From Vulcanimicrobiaceae bacterium (GTDB taxonomy: Bacteria; Verrucomicrobiota; Verrucomicrobiia; Limisphaerales; Palsa-1400), in NCBI GenBank assembly GCA_035511075.1, contig DATKFW010000108.1, forward strand, positions 66,085 to 130,084: a stretch of DNA of 64,000 nucleotides, in the 5' to 3' direction. This document shows, piece after piece, positions 8,233 to 17,362 of the stretch. Within the stretch, counting starts at the first letter, position 1; each line of letters starts with the position of its first letter. The notes below the pieces were generated by a model. It made no database searches and was not told the origin of the DNA. It worked only from the letters and a program-made list of their open reading frames with translations. A program made the position numbers and the translations under genes.

Positions 8233-10158
8233 ATGAAAGCACTGTTCACAGGACCCGGCATCGGCAGTTATATCTCTGTCATGACTCTGACGGCGACCCT
8301 GGCCTCGGCGGAAACGATTCGTCTTGACCAATTGGACATCACCCGGACTCAGCAGGATTGGGGCGACCCGCATCGCAACCAATCGGTGGATGGGCATCCG
8401 CTGAGCATCGGCCCCCGTATATTCGAGCATGGCGTGGGGACGCATGCCACCAGCAGCCTGTACGTCACTGTCAATGGCGCCCAAAAGTTCAGCGGCAGCG
8501 TGGGTGTGGACGGCGAGGTGACCAGCACCGAGGCGAGCGTGGATTTTTTCCTCTTCGGCGACGGCAAGGAGCTCTGGCACAGCGGCGTGATGAAGGCAGG
8601 TGACGCGCCCAAGACTTTTCAGGTGGACCTCACCGGGGTCAAGATGCTGGCCTTGAAAGTGGGGGATGCGGGCGATGGCATCAATTACGATCACGCGGAT
8701 TGGGCTGACGCCCAGTTTGAGTATTCGGGAACGGCGCCCAGCACGGAGAGCGGGCCGCGCGAAGAAGCTGTCATACTCACACCGATCGCCCCGGCGGCTC
8801 CCCGAATCAACGGGACGTCGGTGGTCGGGGCGCGGCCGGGACATCCGTTTTTTTATCACGTCCCGGTGACCGGGAGCAGACCGATGACCCTTGGCGCGGC
8901 GCCGCTGCCGGACGGGTTGGTGTTTGACAGCGAGCGGGGCCTGATCACCGGCGCGGTGGCCACCCCCGGGAAATATTCCGTGATGCTGGCGGCCACGAAT
9001 ACGGAAGGATCGGCGAGCCGGCAACTGGAGATTGACATTGGAGACACGATTGCATTGACGCCGCCGCTGGGTTGGAACAGTTGGAATTGCTTTGCGCAGG
9101 CGGTCGATGACGGAAAGATCCGGGCCGCCGCCGACGCGATGGTGCGCAGCGGGCTCATCGATCACGGATGGACTTATATCAACATTGACGATTGCTGGGA
9201 AGGGAAGCGGGACGCCAACGGGATGATCCAGCCCAACGAGAAATTTCCCGACATGAAGGCCCTGGCCGATTACGTGCATTCCAAAGGGCTCAAGATCGGG
9301 TTGTATTCTTCGCCGGGACCCAAGACGTGCGGAGGATACGAGGGAAGCTGGCAACACGAGAACCAGGACGCGCAACAGTACGCGGCCTGGGGTTTTGACT
9401 ATCTCAAGTACGATTGGTGCTCGTATTCGGAAGTCGATGACAAATCGCTGCCCGACCGGCAGCGCTTGATGAAGCCTTACCTTGCGATGGACGCCGCCCT
9501 GCACAAGCTGGACCGCGATATTCTCTTCAGCCTTTGCCAATACGGCATGGGAGACGTTTGGGAATGGGGCACGGAGGTGGGCGGCAATTGCTGGCGCACG
9601 ACGGGGGACATTAGCGATAGTTGGTCCAGCATGTCCCGGATTGGGTTCTCCCAAAACGGGCATGAGAAATATGCCGGGCCGGGGCACTGGAATGATCCGG
9701 ACATGCTGGTGGTGGGAAAGGTGGGGTGGGGGAACCTGCATCCGACGCACCTGACACCGAACGAGCAATACACGCACGTGAGCCTGTGGTGCCTGTTAAG
9801 TGCGCCATTGCTGATCGGCGCAGATATGTCTCAATTGGACGCGTTCACCTTCAATCTGTTGTCCAACGACGAAGTGCTGGCCGTCAGCCAGGACGCCCTC
9901 GGAAAACAAGCGGCCCGGATGGCCAAGAACGGCGAAACGGAGGTCTGGGCAAAGAAGATGGCCGATGGCTCACTTGCCGTCGGACTGTTCAATCGGGGCG
10001 AAATGCCGGTGGAAGTCAACGCGACATGGGAGGATTTGGGATTGACGGGCAAACATCGCGTGCGCGACCTCTGGCGGCAACAGGACGCGGGGGAGTTTGA
10101 AAATGTGTTCAGCACCAGCGTTCCGCGCCACGGTGTTTGCCTGGTGCGGGTGTGGTAA
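8233..10158 (+). CDS. Alpha-galactosidase (GH27) with N-terminal NPCBM-like carbohydrate-binding domain
   Basis: GH27 motifs PPLGWNSWNCF, YINIDDCW, FDYLKYDWC and HWNDPDMLVVG. The N-terminal region (HRNQSVDGHPLSIGPRIFEHGVGTHATSSLYV...DGINYDHADWADAQF) resembles NPCBM. The track ORF starts at TTG 8173. ATG 8233 (MKALFTGPGIGSYISVMTLTATLASA) is the more plausible start. Confidence 0.85.
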   Translation: MKALFTGPGIGSYISVMTLTATLASAETIRLDQLDITRTQQDWGDPHRNQSVDGHPLSIGPRIFEHGVGTHATSSLYVTVNGAQKFSGSVGVDGEVTSTEASVDFFLFGDGKELWHSGVMKAGDAPKTFQVDLTGVKMLALKVGDAGDGINYDHADWADAQFEYSGTAPSTESGPREEAVILTPIAPAAPRINGTSVVGARPGHPFFYHVPVTGSRPMTLGAAPLPDGLVFDSERGLITGAVATPGKYSVMLAATNTEGSASRQLEIDIGDTIALTPPLGWNSWNCFAQAVDDGKIRAAADAMVRSGLIDHGWTYINIDDCWEGKRDANGMIQPNEKFPDMKALADYVHSKGLKIGLYSSPGPKTCGGYEGSWQHENQDAQQYAAWGFDYLKYDWCSYSEVDDKSLPDRQRLMKPYLAMDAALHKLDRDILFSLCQYGMGDVWEWGTEVGGNCWRTTGDISDSWSSMSRIGFSQNGHEKYAGPGHWNDPDMLVVGKVGWGNLHPTHLTPNEQYTHVSLWCLLSAPLLIGADMSQLDAFTFNLLSNDEVLAVSQDALGKQAARMAKNGETEVWAKKMADGSLAVGLFNRGEMPVEVNATWEDLGLTGKHRVRDLWRQQDAGEFENVFSTSVPRHGVCLVRVW

Positions 10159-10267
10159 TTTGCCCGGGCATCGCAATAAAATAAGGTTAGCATCTCTGGC
10201 TGGTTCATTTGGCCACCGTGATTTGTGTATGCAGGAGGCCGAGGGTGCGGTGTCTACTAATTGAAAG

Positions 10268-11681
10268 ATGAACTGGAACGTCGATTTCAAAACGAATCGC
10301 CGACTTTCGACGTTATTCGCGGTCTTCTGCCTGGTTGGGGCATTGAATGAGAGCCGCGCCGACCCGGTGGATGACTATGTCACGCGGCAAATGCGCCTGG
10401 AGCATATTCCAGGACTGTCGCTCGCAATTGTGAAGGGTGGCCAAATAACCAAAGCACGGGGCTATGGCTTGGCCGACGTGGAACTCGATGTGCCCGCGAG
10501 CAAGGACACCGTTTACGAAATCGGCTCAATGACAAAGCCATTCACCGCCACCGCGATAATGCTCCTGATGGAGCAAGGCAAAATTGGCTTGGATAACACC
10601 ATCACAAACTATTTAACTGGATTGCCGGCGGAGTGGGGCAAAATCACGGTGCGGCATCTCTTGACACACACGTCAGGAATCAAGGGCTATCTGGACATAC
10701 CCAATGTCCTGGCGGCAACGGTGTCTCCCATTTCGATGACCAACCTGATAAAGATGGTGGCACCTTATCCACTGGCACTCAGGCCGGGTGACAAGTTTGC
10801 TTACTGCATTACAGGATACTATCTGCTGGGGGGCATTATCGAGAGTGTCAATGGCAAAAGTTACACTGATTTTTTGAGGGATAATCTTTTTGATCCGCTG
10901 GGCATGAAGGCGACTCGCCTCAATGACTTGAAGGCTTATCGCCAACCGCGCAAGCGGTTATACGGAGCGGAGTGGAACGCTGCGGCGCGCGGACTACATG
11001 GATATGACCTGGGCGTTTGCGGCAGGGGGCCTGGTCTCTTCAGTCACCGATCTGGCGCGGTGGGACGCTGCGCTTTATACGGAAAAGGTTCTGCCAAAGG
11101 ATTATCTGGAGCAAATGTGGACTCCGGCCAAGTTGAACAATGGCGAGGAGGATACATACGGTTTCGGTTGGTTCATCTTTGGCGATAAGAATCACCGACT
11201 GGTGATCCATGATGGGGGAATTTCCGGCTTTCTTTCGTCGATGGGACGATGGGTCGACGATCGAACGACTGTCATTGTTTTAATGAACGGGGAAGGGCGC
11301 GACTATGTGGAATACCAGATCGCTCAAGGCATCGCGCGCCGCTGCATCCCGAGGCTCGTCACAAAACCAATCGAAGACACGGTTCCGTTGGTCACTGCGA
11401 AATTGCTGGCCGCGTTGACTTCAGCCATCTCCGGCGCGCTCGACCCGGAAAGATTCACAGACGCGGCGCGCATCGGGTTTTTCCCGGAGGAGGCCGCGCG
11501 GCTGCGAACGCAAATGAAGGAATTGGGCCCGATAAAATCATTTCTTCTCCTGAAGAAGAAGGACCATGAAAAGGCCCATGATTACAGCTATCGCTCTGGT
11601 TTCGCCAAGGATTCCTTGCTTCTCGATGCAACACTAAATGAAGAAGGAAAGTTCACCGCATTCGATGTCGAGTTTGAGTGA
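10268..11681 (+). pseudogene. Beta-lactamase-related serine hydrolase, split by a +1 frame change near 10929-10940 (pseudogene or sequencing error)
   Basis: ORF 10268..11188 carries a signal peptide and the SxxK motif (GSMTKPFTA), but turns Arg/Gly-rich nonsense after ...GMKATRLNDLKA. The next frame, closed by TGA at 10929-10931, then reads RLIANRASGYTERSGTLRRADYMDMTWAFAAGGLVSSVTDLARWDAAL.... This is the expected continuation of the family and runs to 11681. Confidence 0.6.
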
Positions 11682-11750
11682 AAACGGTGAATTTCACTGG
11701 GGTTCAAAATTCCTGTGGCCTGGCTGCTCAACTTAAATACTCACGATGCC

Positions 11751-13133
11751 TCAGGTCTGCTTCGCCGGGTCCAGAAGCTCGTCTAATTTGGCTTTGTCCA
11801 AACCGGACTGCTCCAGGGCGACCTGGCGGATGGTGCGGTTGGTTTCATAGGCGATTTTGGCGATTTTGGCGGCTTTGTCGTATCCAATGACCGGGGCCAG
11901 GATGGTGCAGTTGGACAGGCTTAGTTCCAAGTTGGCGTTGCACTTTTCGCGGTCGACTTCCAGGCCGCTGACACATCGTCGCGTGAAGACTTGACTGGCG
12001 GTGGTCAGCAATTCGATGGATTCGAGGAGATTGTGGGCCATGACGGGCATCATGACGTTGAGTTCGAAGTTGCCGAAACTGCCGCTGAAGGTTATGGCGG
12101 CGTCATTTCCCAGGACTTGCGCGCACACTTGGAGCATCATCTCGCACATGACGGGGTTGACCTTGCCCGGCATGATCGAGGAACCGGGCTGTGTGGCGGG
12201 CAGGCGCAATTCGCCCAGGCCCAGGCGCGGGCCGGAACCGAGAAAACGGATGTCGTTGGCGATTTTTATGAGGCTGACCGCAACGGTCTTGAGCGTGCCG
12301 GACGCTTCGACAACGGCGTCGCGCCCGCCCTGTGCTTCGAAGTGATCCTCGGCCTCGCGAAGATTCAGGCCGGTTTCCTGGGCCATTCGCTCGATGGTGC
12401 GGCGGGCGAAATCGGGATCGGTATTGATTCCGGTGCCCACGGCGGTGCCGCCGAGGGCGAGTTCTTCTAGGTTTCTCTCCGCGAAGCGAAGCCGGGCCAT
12501 GCCGTGCTGAACCTGGCTGGCGTAACCGCCGAATTCCTGTCCGAGGCGGATCGGTGTGGCGTCCTGCAAATGGGTGCGGCCAATTTTGAGGACGTCGTGG
12601 AATTGGCGCGCCTTTGCGTCCAGCGCCAGATGGAGTTCGGAGAGCGCCGGGATCAGCCCTTGTTCGATGCCTTCCAGGGCAGCGAGGTGAATGGCGGTGG
12701 GAATGGCGTCGTTGCTGGATTGGCCGCGGTTGACGTGATCGTTGGGGTGAACGAGTTTGCCGCCGCGCTGGCCGCCTAGCAATTCGGCGGCGCGATTGGC
12801 GATGACCTCGTTGGCGTTCATATTGGTCGAGGTGCCGGAGCCGGTCTGGAAGATATCGAGGACGAATTGGGCGTCCCACTTGCCATCGGTGACTTCCTGG
12901 GCGGCTTTGACGATGGCGTCGGCGACATCGGGTTTGAGGCCGCCCAATTCCTCGTTGGTCAGGGCGGCGTGTTTCTTGATCAACCCGAGGGCGCGAATGA
13001 AGCGGCGAGGAAAGCGCAAAGTACTGATGGGAAAATTTTCGACGGCGCGGGCAGTTTGGGCGCCGTAGTAAGCGGAGGCGGGCACCTGCATGGGACCCAT
13101 GGAATCCGATTCAGTGCGACATTCTTCTTTCAT
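11751..13133 (-). CDS. fumC: Class II fumarate hydratase
   Basis: 460 aa. Fumarate-lyase signature GSSIMPGKVNPVMCE. N-terminus ESDSMGPMQVPASAYYGAQTARAVENFPIS is typical of FumC/aspartase; the G-K-V-N-P-x-x-C-E form favours fumarase. Confidence 0.85.
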   Translation of the reverse strand: MKEECRTESDSMGPMQVPASAYYGAQTARAVENFPISTLRFPRRFIRALGLIKKHAALTNEELGGLKPDVADAIVKAAQEVTDGKWDAQFVLDIFQTGSGTSTNMNANEVIANRAAELLGGQRGGKLVHPNDHVNRGQSSNDAIPTAIHLAALEGIEQGLIPALSELHLALDAKARQFHDVLKIGRTHLQDATPIRLGQEFGGYASQVQHGMARLRFAERNLEELALGGTAVGTGINTDPDFARRTIERMAQETGLNLREAEDHFEAQGGRDAVVEASGTLKTVAVSLIKIANDIRFLGSGPRLGLGELRLPATQPGSSIMPGKVNPVMCEMMLQVCAQVLGNDAAITFSGSFGNFELNVMMPVMAHNLLESIELLTTASQVFTRRCVSGLEVDREKCNANLELSLSNCTILAPVIGYDKAAKIAKIAYETNRTIRQVALEQSGLDKAKLDELLDPAKQT

Positions 13134-13179
13134 AGAGGGAGGATGCTCAACCGAGGCGCGGGTTCAAAGTTCAAATTGG

Positions 13180-14049
13180 TCACTTAAAAATCCTTTTCAT
13201 CATCGGAAATGAGCCCCAAATCATGCCCATGACCAAACCGACGGCGTGGGTTCCGTTGGCAACGCCGGGAATGATCCCGAAGAGGCAGAGGAAAAACCAG
13301 ACGAGCATGACGCCCAGAGTCATAGGGGAGATCATCAGGCCCGAAGACGGATCGCTATGGGACCGCAGCCAGATGTAACCGACCATTCCGTAAAGCACGC
13401 CGGACATGCCTCCGAAAAAAGGGCCGCCGATCAGGTACTGGCCAACGTTGGAACCAATTCCGATTAAGACGACCAGCAGGGCGAGGCGTTTTGTTCCCTG
13501 GGCTATTTCGATGAGGCGCCCGAGATCGTATAGGATAATCATGTTGAAGATCAAATGCGTCGGGCCAAAGTGGATGAAGATGGGCGTGATCAAACGCCAT
13601 ATCTGCCCCGATTGGACTTCCGGCAGGAAGCCCGGGGCGCCTTCGCTTATCAGAAGCCAGCGGACGTTCGGAAGGGAGGGATTCAATCCGGCAAAAAGAG
13701 TGACGACAACAGATGCGCCGATGAGAAACAGAGTCAACGGCGCGACATCGGACCGCCGCCAAATTTGATCGGCGGTGCGGACGCGTTTGGCGAAGGCGGC
13801 TTGCTCGCCCCGCTGGCGCTGCTCCGAGGCGATCGCCGAGTCGGCCGCGTTCTGAAAACTCCGATCCGACGGGTTTTGAAGGTAAGCCGTCAGCGCCTGG
13901 CTTCCTTTCTCGATTTGATCCTCGGAATAAATCCAGACGGCCCAGCCCTCCGAGTCAGGCTCCACCATGTTCCGAATGTCCTGGGAAGAGAGATAGCCGC
14001 CAAAGGTCCTGGCGCTGGCTTCACTCTTCAAATGTCCGATCATGCGCAT
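13180..14049 (-). CDS. Rhomboid-family intramembrane serine protease (GlpG-like)
   Basis: Multi-TM C-terminal half with GGMSGVLYG (GxSG catalytic Ser) and a later TM His (ANGTHAVGLVMG). The ORF is open to 14136, but MRMIGHLKSE... (ATG 14049) is the more plausible start. Confidence 0.75.
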   Translation of the reverse strand: MRMIGHLKSEASARTFGGYLSSQDIRNMVEPDSEGWAVWIYSEDQIEKGSQALTAYLQNPSDRSFQNAADSAIASEQRQRGEQAAFAKRVRTADQIWRRSDVAPLTLFLIGASVVVTLFAGLNPSLPNVRWLLISEGAPGFLPEVQSGQIWRLITPIFIHFGPTHLIFNMIILYDLGRLIEIAQGTKRLALLVVLIGIGSNVGQYLIGGPFFGGMSGVLYGMVGYIWLRSHSDPSSGLMISPMTLGVMLVWFFLCLFGIIPGVANGTHAVGLVMGMIWGSFPMMKRIFK

Positions 14050-14165
14050 AGTCGCGGCTGAGAACTTGGCGAATCCCGCGGGAAATAAACAGCAAAAATC
14101 AACGGGAGGTAACGGGGATCGCTTCGCACTTCCCAATTGGTTGAATTCTGATACGGTGTGGCGGC

Positions 14166-15257
14166 ATGTTGAAGTTGTGCCTGCTGATAGTCTTCGCCCT
14201 GGCGGCTGCGAGCGTGCCGGGGGAGGAAATCGATTTTGATTTGAGCACAGTCACTCCCGGCAAAGGCCCCCCTGGATTTTTGAGCCTTGTGACAGGCGAG
14301 GGCAACCCGGCGCCTTGGACGGTTGTGGACGAGCAGGTGCCACCCATCCTTGCGCCGCTCTCACCCAATGCCCGTGGAAACGTCGCCATGAGACCTGTGC
14401 TTGCGGTGCAATCGCTGAATCTTTCACGCGACCATTTCCCGCTGCTGCTGTACACCAACGAGCTGTTCTTTGATTTCACGTTCGTCACGCGGTTCAAGAT
14501 CGCCGGCGGAATCATCGATCCGGAGGCCGGCATTGTATTTCGCGCGCAAGACCAGAGTAATTATTACGTCCTGCGCGCCAGCGAGCAGGGCAACTTGCTA
14601 TGGTACCGCGTGGTCGGGGGGAGGCAATACGACATGCTGGGCATCGGGGTCAAAATTCCGATTCCCGCGGATGTCTGGGAGGAAATGCGGGTGGAGTGCG
14701 CGGGCAGCCGCACGCGCTGCTACTTGAACGGGAAATTGGTCATACCGCCCTCCAAACCCGGGTCGCCAACCAACGACCTTGCGATCAACGACACCACTTT
14801 TGCCAACGGCAAAATCGGCTTTTGGACACGGGCGGATTCCAAATGCTATTTCGTGGACGCGCACGTCCAGTACACTCCGAAAGTGGCGTTCGTGCAAGTG
14901 GTGGTGGAGGAGGCGATGAGGAAATTTCCCTCGATCCAAAGCTTGAAAATTTACGCCACCAGAGACGCGGGGCCGCCGGTGATCATCGGGGACCCCGACC
15001 ATGCTGAATTGAGCGAGCCCGGCACGAAGGTCGAGGCGGACGTCATTGTCCGCGGCACGGTTTACTACCTGAAAACGAAGGGTTCGGTGGAGGTGACGCT
15101 GCCGTTGCGGGACAGAAACGGGGACATTGCCGCGGCGCTGAAGGTCAGATTTAAATCGTTCCCCGGTGAAACGGAAGCGACGGCTGTGAATCGCGCGACG
15201 GTTGTCAAGAAAGTCATCGAGGCCCGGATTGATACGTTGCAGGGGATGGCGGAGTAA
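14166..15257 (+). CDS. Hypothetical secreted protein with concanavalin/LamG-like (DUF1080-like) N-terminal domain
   Basis: Signal peptide MLKLCLLIVFALAAASVPG. The segment FRFKIAGGIIDPEAGIVFRAQDQSNYYVLRASEQGNLLWYRV...WEEMRVECAGSRTRCYLNGKLV resembles jelly-roll lectin-fold domains. I do not recognise the C-terminal half. Confidence 0.55.
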   Translation: MLKLCLLIVFALAAASVPGEEIDFDLSTVTPGKGPPGFLSLVTGEGNPAPWTVVDEQVPPILAPLSPNARGNVAMRPVLAVQSLNLSRDHFPLLLYTNELFFDFTFVTRFKIAGGIIDPEAGIVFRAQDQSNYYVLRASEQGNLLWYRVVGGRQYDMLGIGVKIPIPADVWEEMRVECAGSRTRCYLNGKLVIPPSKPGSPTNDLAINDTTFANGKIGFWTRADSKCYFVDAHVQYTPKVAFVQVVVEEAMRKFPSIQSLKIYATRDAGPPVIIGDPDHAELSEPGTKVEADVIVRGTVYYLKTKGSVEVTLPLRDRNGDIAAALKVRFKSFPGETEATAVNRATVVKKVIEARIDTLQGMAE

Positions 15258-16269
15258 TCCGCCCGATCGCCCACCGGGCGTGCTCGGCGATGAGAGGTTC
15301 AGGGTCCAGGGCGGCCTTCTGAAGCGCCGGCAACGCGCGTTGGTCCCCGACGTTGCCCAATGCGACACAGACGTTGCGGAGCAAGCCGCGGCGTTTGGCG
15401 CGCAGAATTGGGGTGCCGGCGAATCGCTGTTTGAACGCGGCCTCGTCCAGGCGGAGCAAATCGATCAAGTCAGGCGCGGCCAAATCGGCGCGGTAATGGG
15501 GACGCATCATCGCGCCTTCGCGGGCGAAGCGGTTCCACGGGCAGGCGTCGAGGCAATCGTCGCACCCGTAAATCCGGGTGCCGATCGCTGGGCGCAATGC
15601 TTCGGGAATGGAGCCTTTCAATTCAATGGTGAGATAAGAGATGCAGCGACGGGCATCGAGTTGGAACGGGGCCGTGATGGCCGCGGTGGGGCAGGCATCG
15701 ATGCAACGGCGGCAGGAGCCGCAACGGTTTTTCTCGGGCGCGTCCGGCTCGACTTCCACGGTGGTAATGATCTCGGAAAGGAAGATCCAGTTACCAAACT
15801 TGCGGCTGATGAGATTGGTGTGCTTGCCGACGAAACCCAGTCCGGCGCGCCCGGCCAGATCGCGCTCCAGCAGCGGGCCGGTGTCAACATACCACAACGA
15901 ACGGGCGTCGGCGGGGCCGAGAGAATTGACGAAGCTGGTGAGCTCTTTCAGGCGTTCTCCCAGGACATCGTGATAATCGGCAAACCTGGCGTAGCGGGCG
16001 ATTTGGCCGGTGGCGCCGGCGGACGGGGAATTGGGCGCCGACGGCTTTGCGTAACTGACGAGCAAGGCAACAATGGTTTTTGCGCCGGGGAGGATTTTAC
16101 AGGGATCGACGCGTTTGTGGGCATTGCGTTGGAGGTAGTCCATCTGGCCGTGAGAGCCTGAGGCGAGCCAGCTTTGGAATTGCGCGGCGTGATCGGGGGG
16201 ACTGGCGGTCGTGAAACGGCAATCGTCAAAACCCAGATCGGCGGCGCGCTTTTGGATGGCGGCTTTCAC
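15214..16269 (-). CDS. queG: tRNA epoxyqueuosine(34) reductase
   Basis: N-terminus MKAAIQKRAADLGFDDCRF...GSHGQMDYLQRN. 4Fe-4S cluster motifs CGSCRRCIDACPTAAI and CDDCLDACPWN. C-terminal HEAT-like tail. Confidence 0.9.
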   Translation of the reverse strand: MKAAIQKRAADLGFDDCRFTTASPPDHAAQFQSWLASGSHGQMDYLQRNAHKRVDPCKILPGAKTIVALLVSYAKPSAPNSPSAGATGQIARYARFADYHDVLGERLKELTSFVNSLGPADARSLWYVDTGPLLERDLAGRAGLGFVGKHTNLISRKFGNWIFLSEIITTVEVEPDAPEKNRCGSCRRCIDACPTAAITAPFQLDARRCISYLTIELKGSIPEALRPAIGTRIYGCDDCLDACPWNRFAREGAMMRPHYRADLAAPDLIDLLRLDEAAFKQRFAGTPILRAKRRGLLRNVCVALGNVGDQRALPALQKAALDPEPLIAEHARWAIGRITPPSPATYQSGPR

Positions 16270-16281
16270 GGGAAGAGAATC

Positions 16282-16374
16282 AGCCGCAAAGATCGCAAAG
16301 AACGCAAAGAGGACAATGATTCGATGTCTTTCATAATGCTCGTTTTCTTTGCGTTCTCTGTGTTCTTTGCGGCT
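16282..16374. repeat. Imperfect 30-bp inverted repeat built from three CGCAAAGA-type 9-mers per arm, with a 33-nt spacer
   Basis: The left arm is agccgcaaagatcgcaaagaacgcaaagag (16282-16311). The reverse complement of the right arm (16345-16374) is agccgcaaagaacacagagaacgcaaagaa. The arms match at 26 of 30 positions. The repeat lies in the 108-nt gap between the GxxExxY stop and the queG start. Confidence 0.85.
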
Positions 16375-16377
16375 AAA

Positions 16378-16755
16378 TCATGTTTGCGACAAGGCGAACT
16401 TGCGGATTTCGAACTTGTAGGAACCGAAGTTGATAAGCAGTCCGTGTTCGAGACGGGCCGATTTAAGATAGCCCAGGATTTGGGCAACGTGCTCCGGCGC
16501 GATTGACCTCGCGGTTTTCAACTCAACGACGAGTTGGTTTTCGACGAGCAAATCAGCGAAATAATCGCCAAGGGCCGTTCCGTCCTCGTCGAATACCGGC
16601 AGGGGATGCTGTTGTCTGACCTCCAGCCCCCCCTTTCGCAATCGATGGACGAGTGCGTTTTCATAGACTTTCTCGAGGTGTCCATGTCCATGATAAACAC
16701 GGATATCGTAGGCTGTCTGGCGGATTTGATCGCAGAGCGGTTGAAGTTCTTTCAT
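16378..16755 (-). CDS. GxxExxY protein (PD-(D/E)XK nuclease superfamily)
   Basis: 125 aa. The eponymous motif is G-H-L-E-K-V-Y in YHGHGHLEKVYENALVHRLRKGGLEV. FADLLVENQLVVELK has a PD-(D/E)XK-like core (D...E-x-K). GC content is visibly lower than in the neighbours. Confidence 0.8.
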   Translation of the reverse strand: MKELQPLCDQIRQTAYDIRVYHGHGHLEKVYENALVHRLRKGGLEVRQQHPLPVFDEDGTALGDYFADLLVENQLVVELKTARSIAPEHVAQILGYLKSARLEHGLLINFGSYKFEIRKFALSQT

Positions 16756-16788
16756 CCTTGCTCTCTCCTTTCTTTGCGGTCAGGCGTT

Positions 16789-17319
16789 TCATTTTCGCGC
16801 AAGGCGGAACTGGTGGAGGACCTGTTGGGCGACCTCCTTGGGCGAACGGAAACCGGTGTGAATCATCGCGTCGGCCTGGTGGTAGGCGGCGGATCGCTGT
16901 TCGAGCAATTCGCGGATTTTTCCCGGAGGATCGGCGGTTTGGAGCAATGGGCGGTGCGATTGGGTCCTGACCCGTTCCCAAATCGTTTCCGGCGAGGCCC
17001 ACAAACATATCACCAGCGCGTGGGATTTGAGACTGGCCAGATTGTCCGGATTGGCGACAAAGCCACCCCCTGCGGAAATGACGATATTGCGGCGGGACGA
17101 GAGCGCGCGGGCGGTGTCTTCCTCCAATAGGCGAAAGGCGGCCTCGCCGTTTTGTTCGAAGATTTCGGCAATCGATTTGCCCGTCTGGCTTTCGATCCAT
17201 TCATCTGTATCGATGAAATCGAAGCGCAAAAGGTCCGCGGCGAGTCGTCCGACCGAAGATTTGCCGGTGCCCATGAACCCGACCAGGGCAAGATTGTGAA
17301 TAAGGCGCGGATTCTGCAC
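16789..17319 (-). CDS. aroK: Shikimate kinase
   Basis: P-loop LVGFMGTGKSSVGRLAADLL followed by DTDEWIE. The ORF is open to 17487, but that extension runs into the inserted element at 17363-17879. In-frame GTG at 17319 gives a normal-sized protein of about 176 aa. Start is uncertain. Confidence 0.8.
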   Translation of the reverse strand: MQNPRLIHNLALVGFMGTGKSSVGRLAADLLRFDFIDTDEWIESQTGKSIAEIFEQNGEAAFRLLEEDTARALSSRRNIVISAGGGFVANPDNLASLKSHALVICLWASPETIWERVRTQSHRPLLQTADPPGKIRELLEQRSAAYHQADAMIHTGFRSPKEVAQQVLHQFRLARK

Positions 17320-17362
17320 GGTGACATTTAACCGCAAGGAAGGCAGGGAACGCAAAACGTTT

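Noticed and set aside
8092-9777. 561-aa ORF on the minus strand
   Set aside because: Lies entirely antisense to the well-supported GH27 alpha-galactosidase. The translation is Arg/Pro/Gly/His-rich with no motif, which is typical of a GC-rich shadow ORF.
12103-12879. 258-aa Arg/Pro-rich minus-strand ORF
   Set aside because: An alternative frame inside fumC, with extreme Arg/Pro composition.
15202-16161. 319-aa plus-strand ORF
   Set aside because: Antisense to queG, whose 4Fe-4S motifs are on the minus strand.
16282-16374. Possible CRISPR-like array from the 9-mer repeats
   Set aside because: The units are 9 bp, contiguous and in inverted arms. There are no spacers or cas genes, so this is a hairpin and not a CRISPR array.
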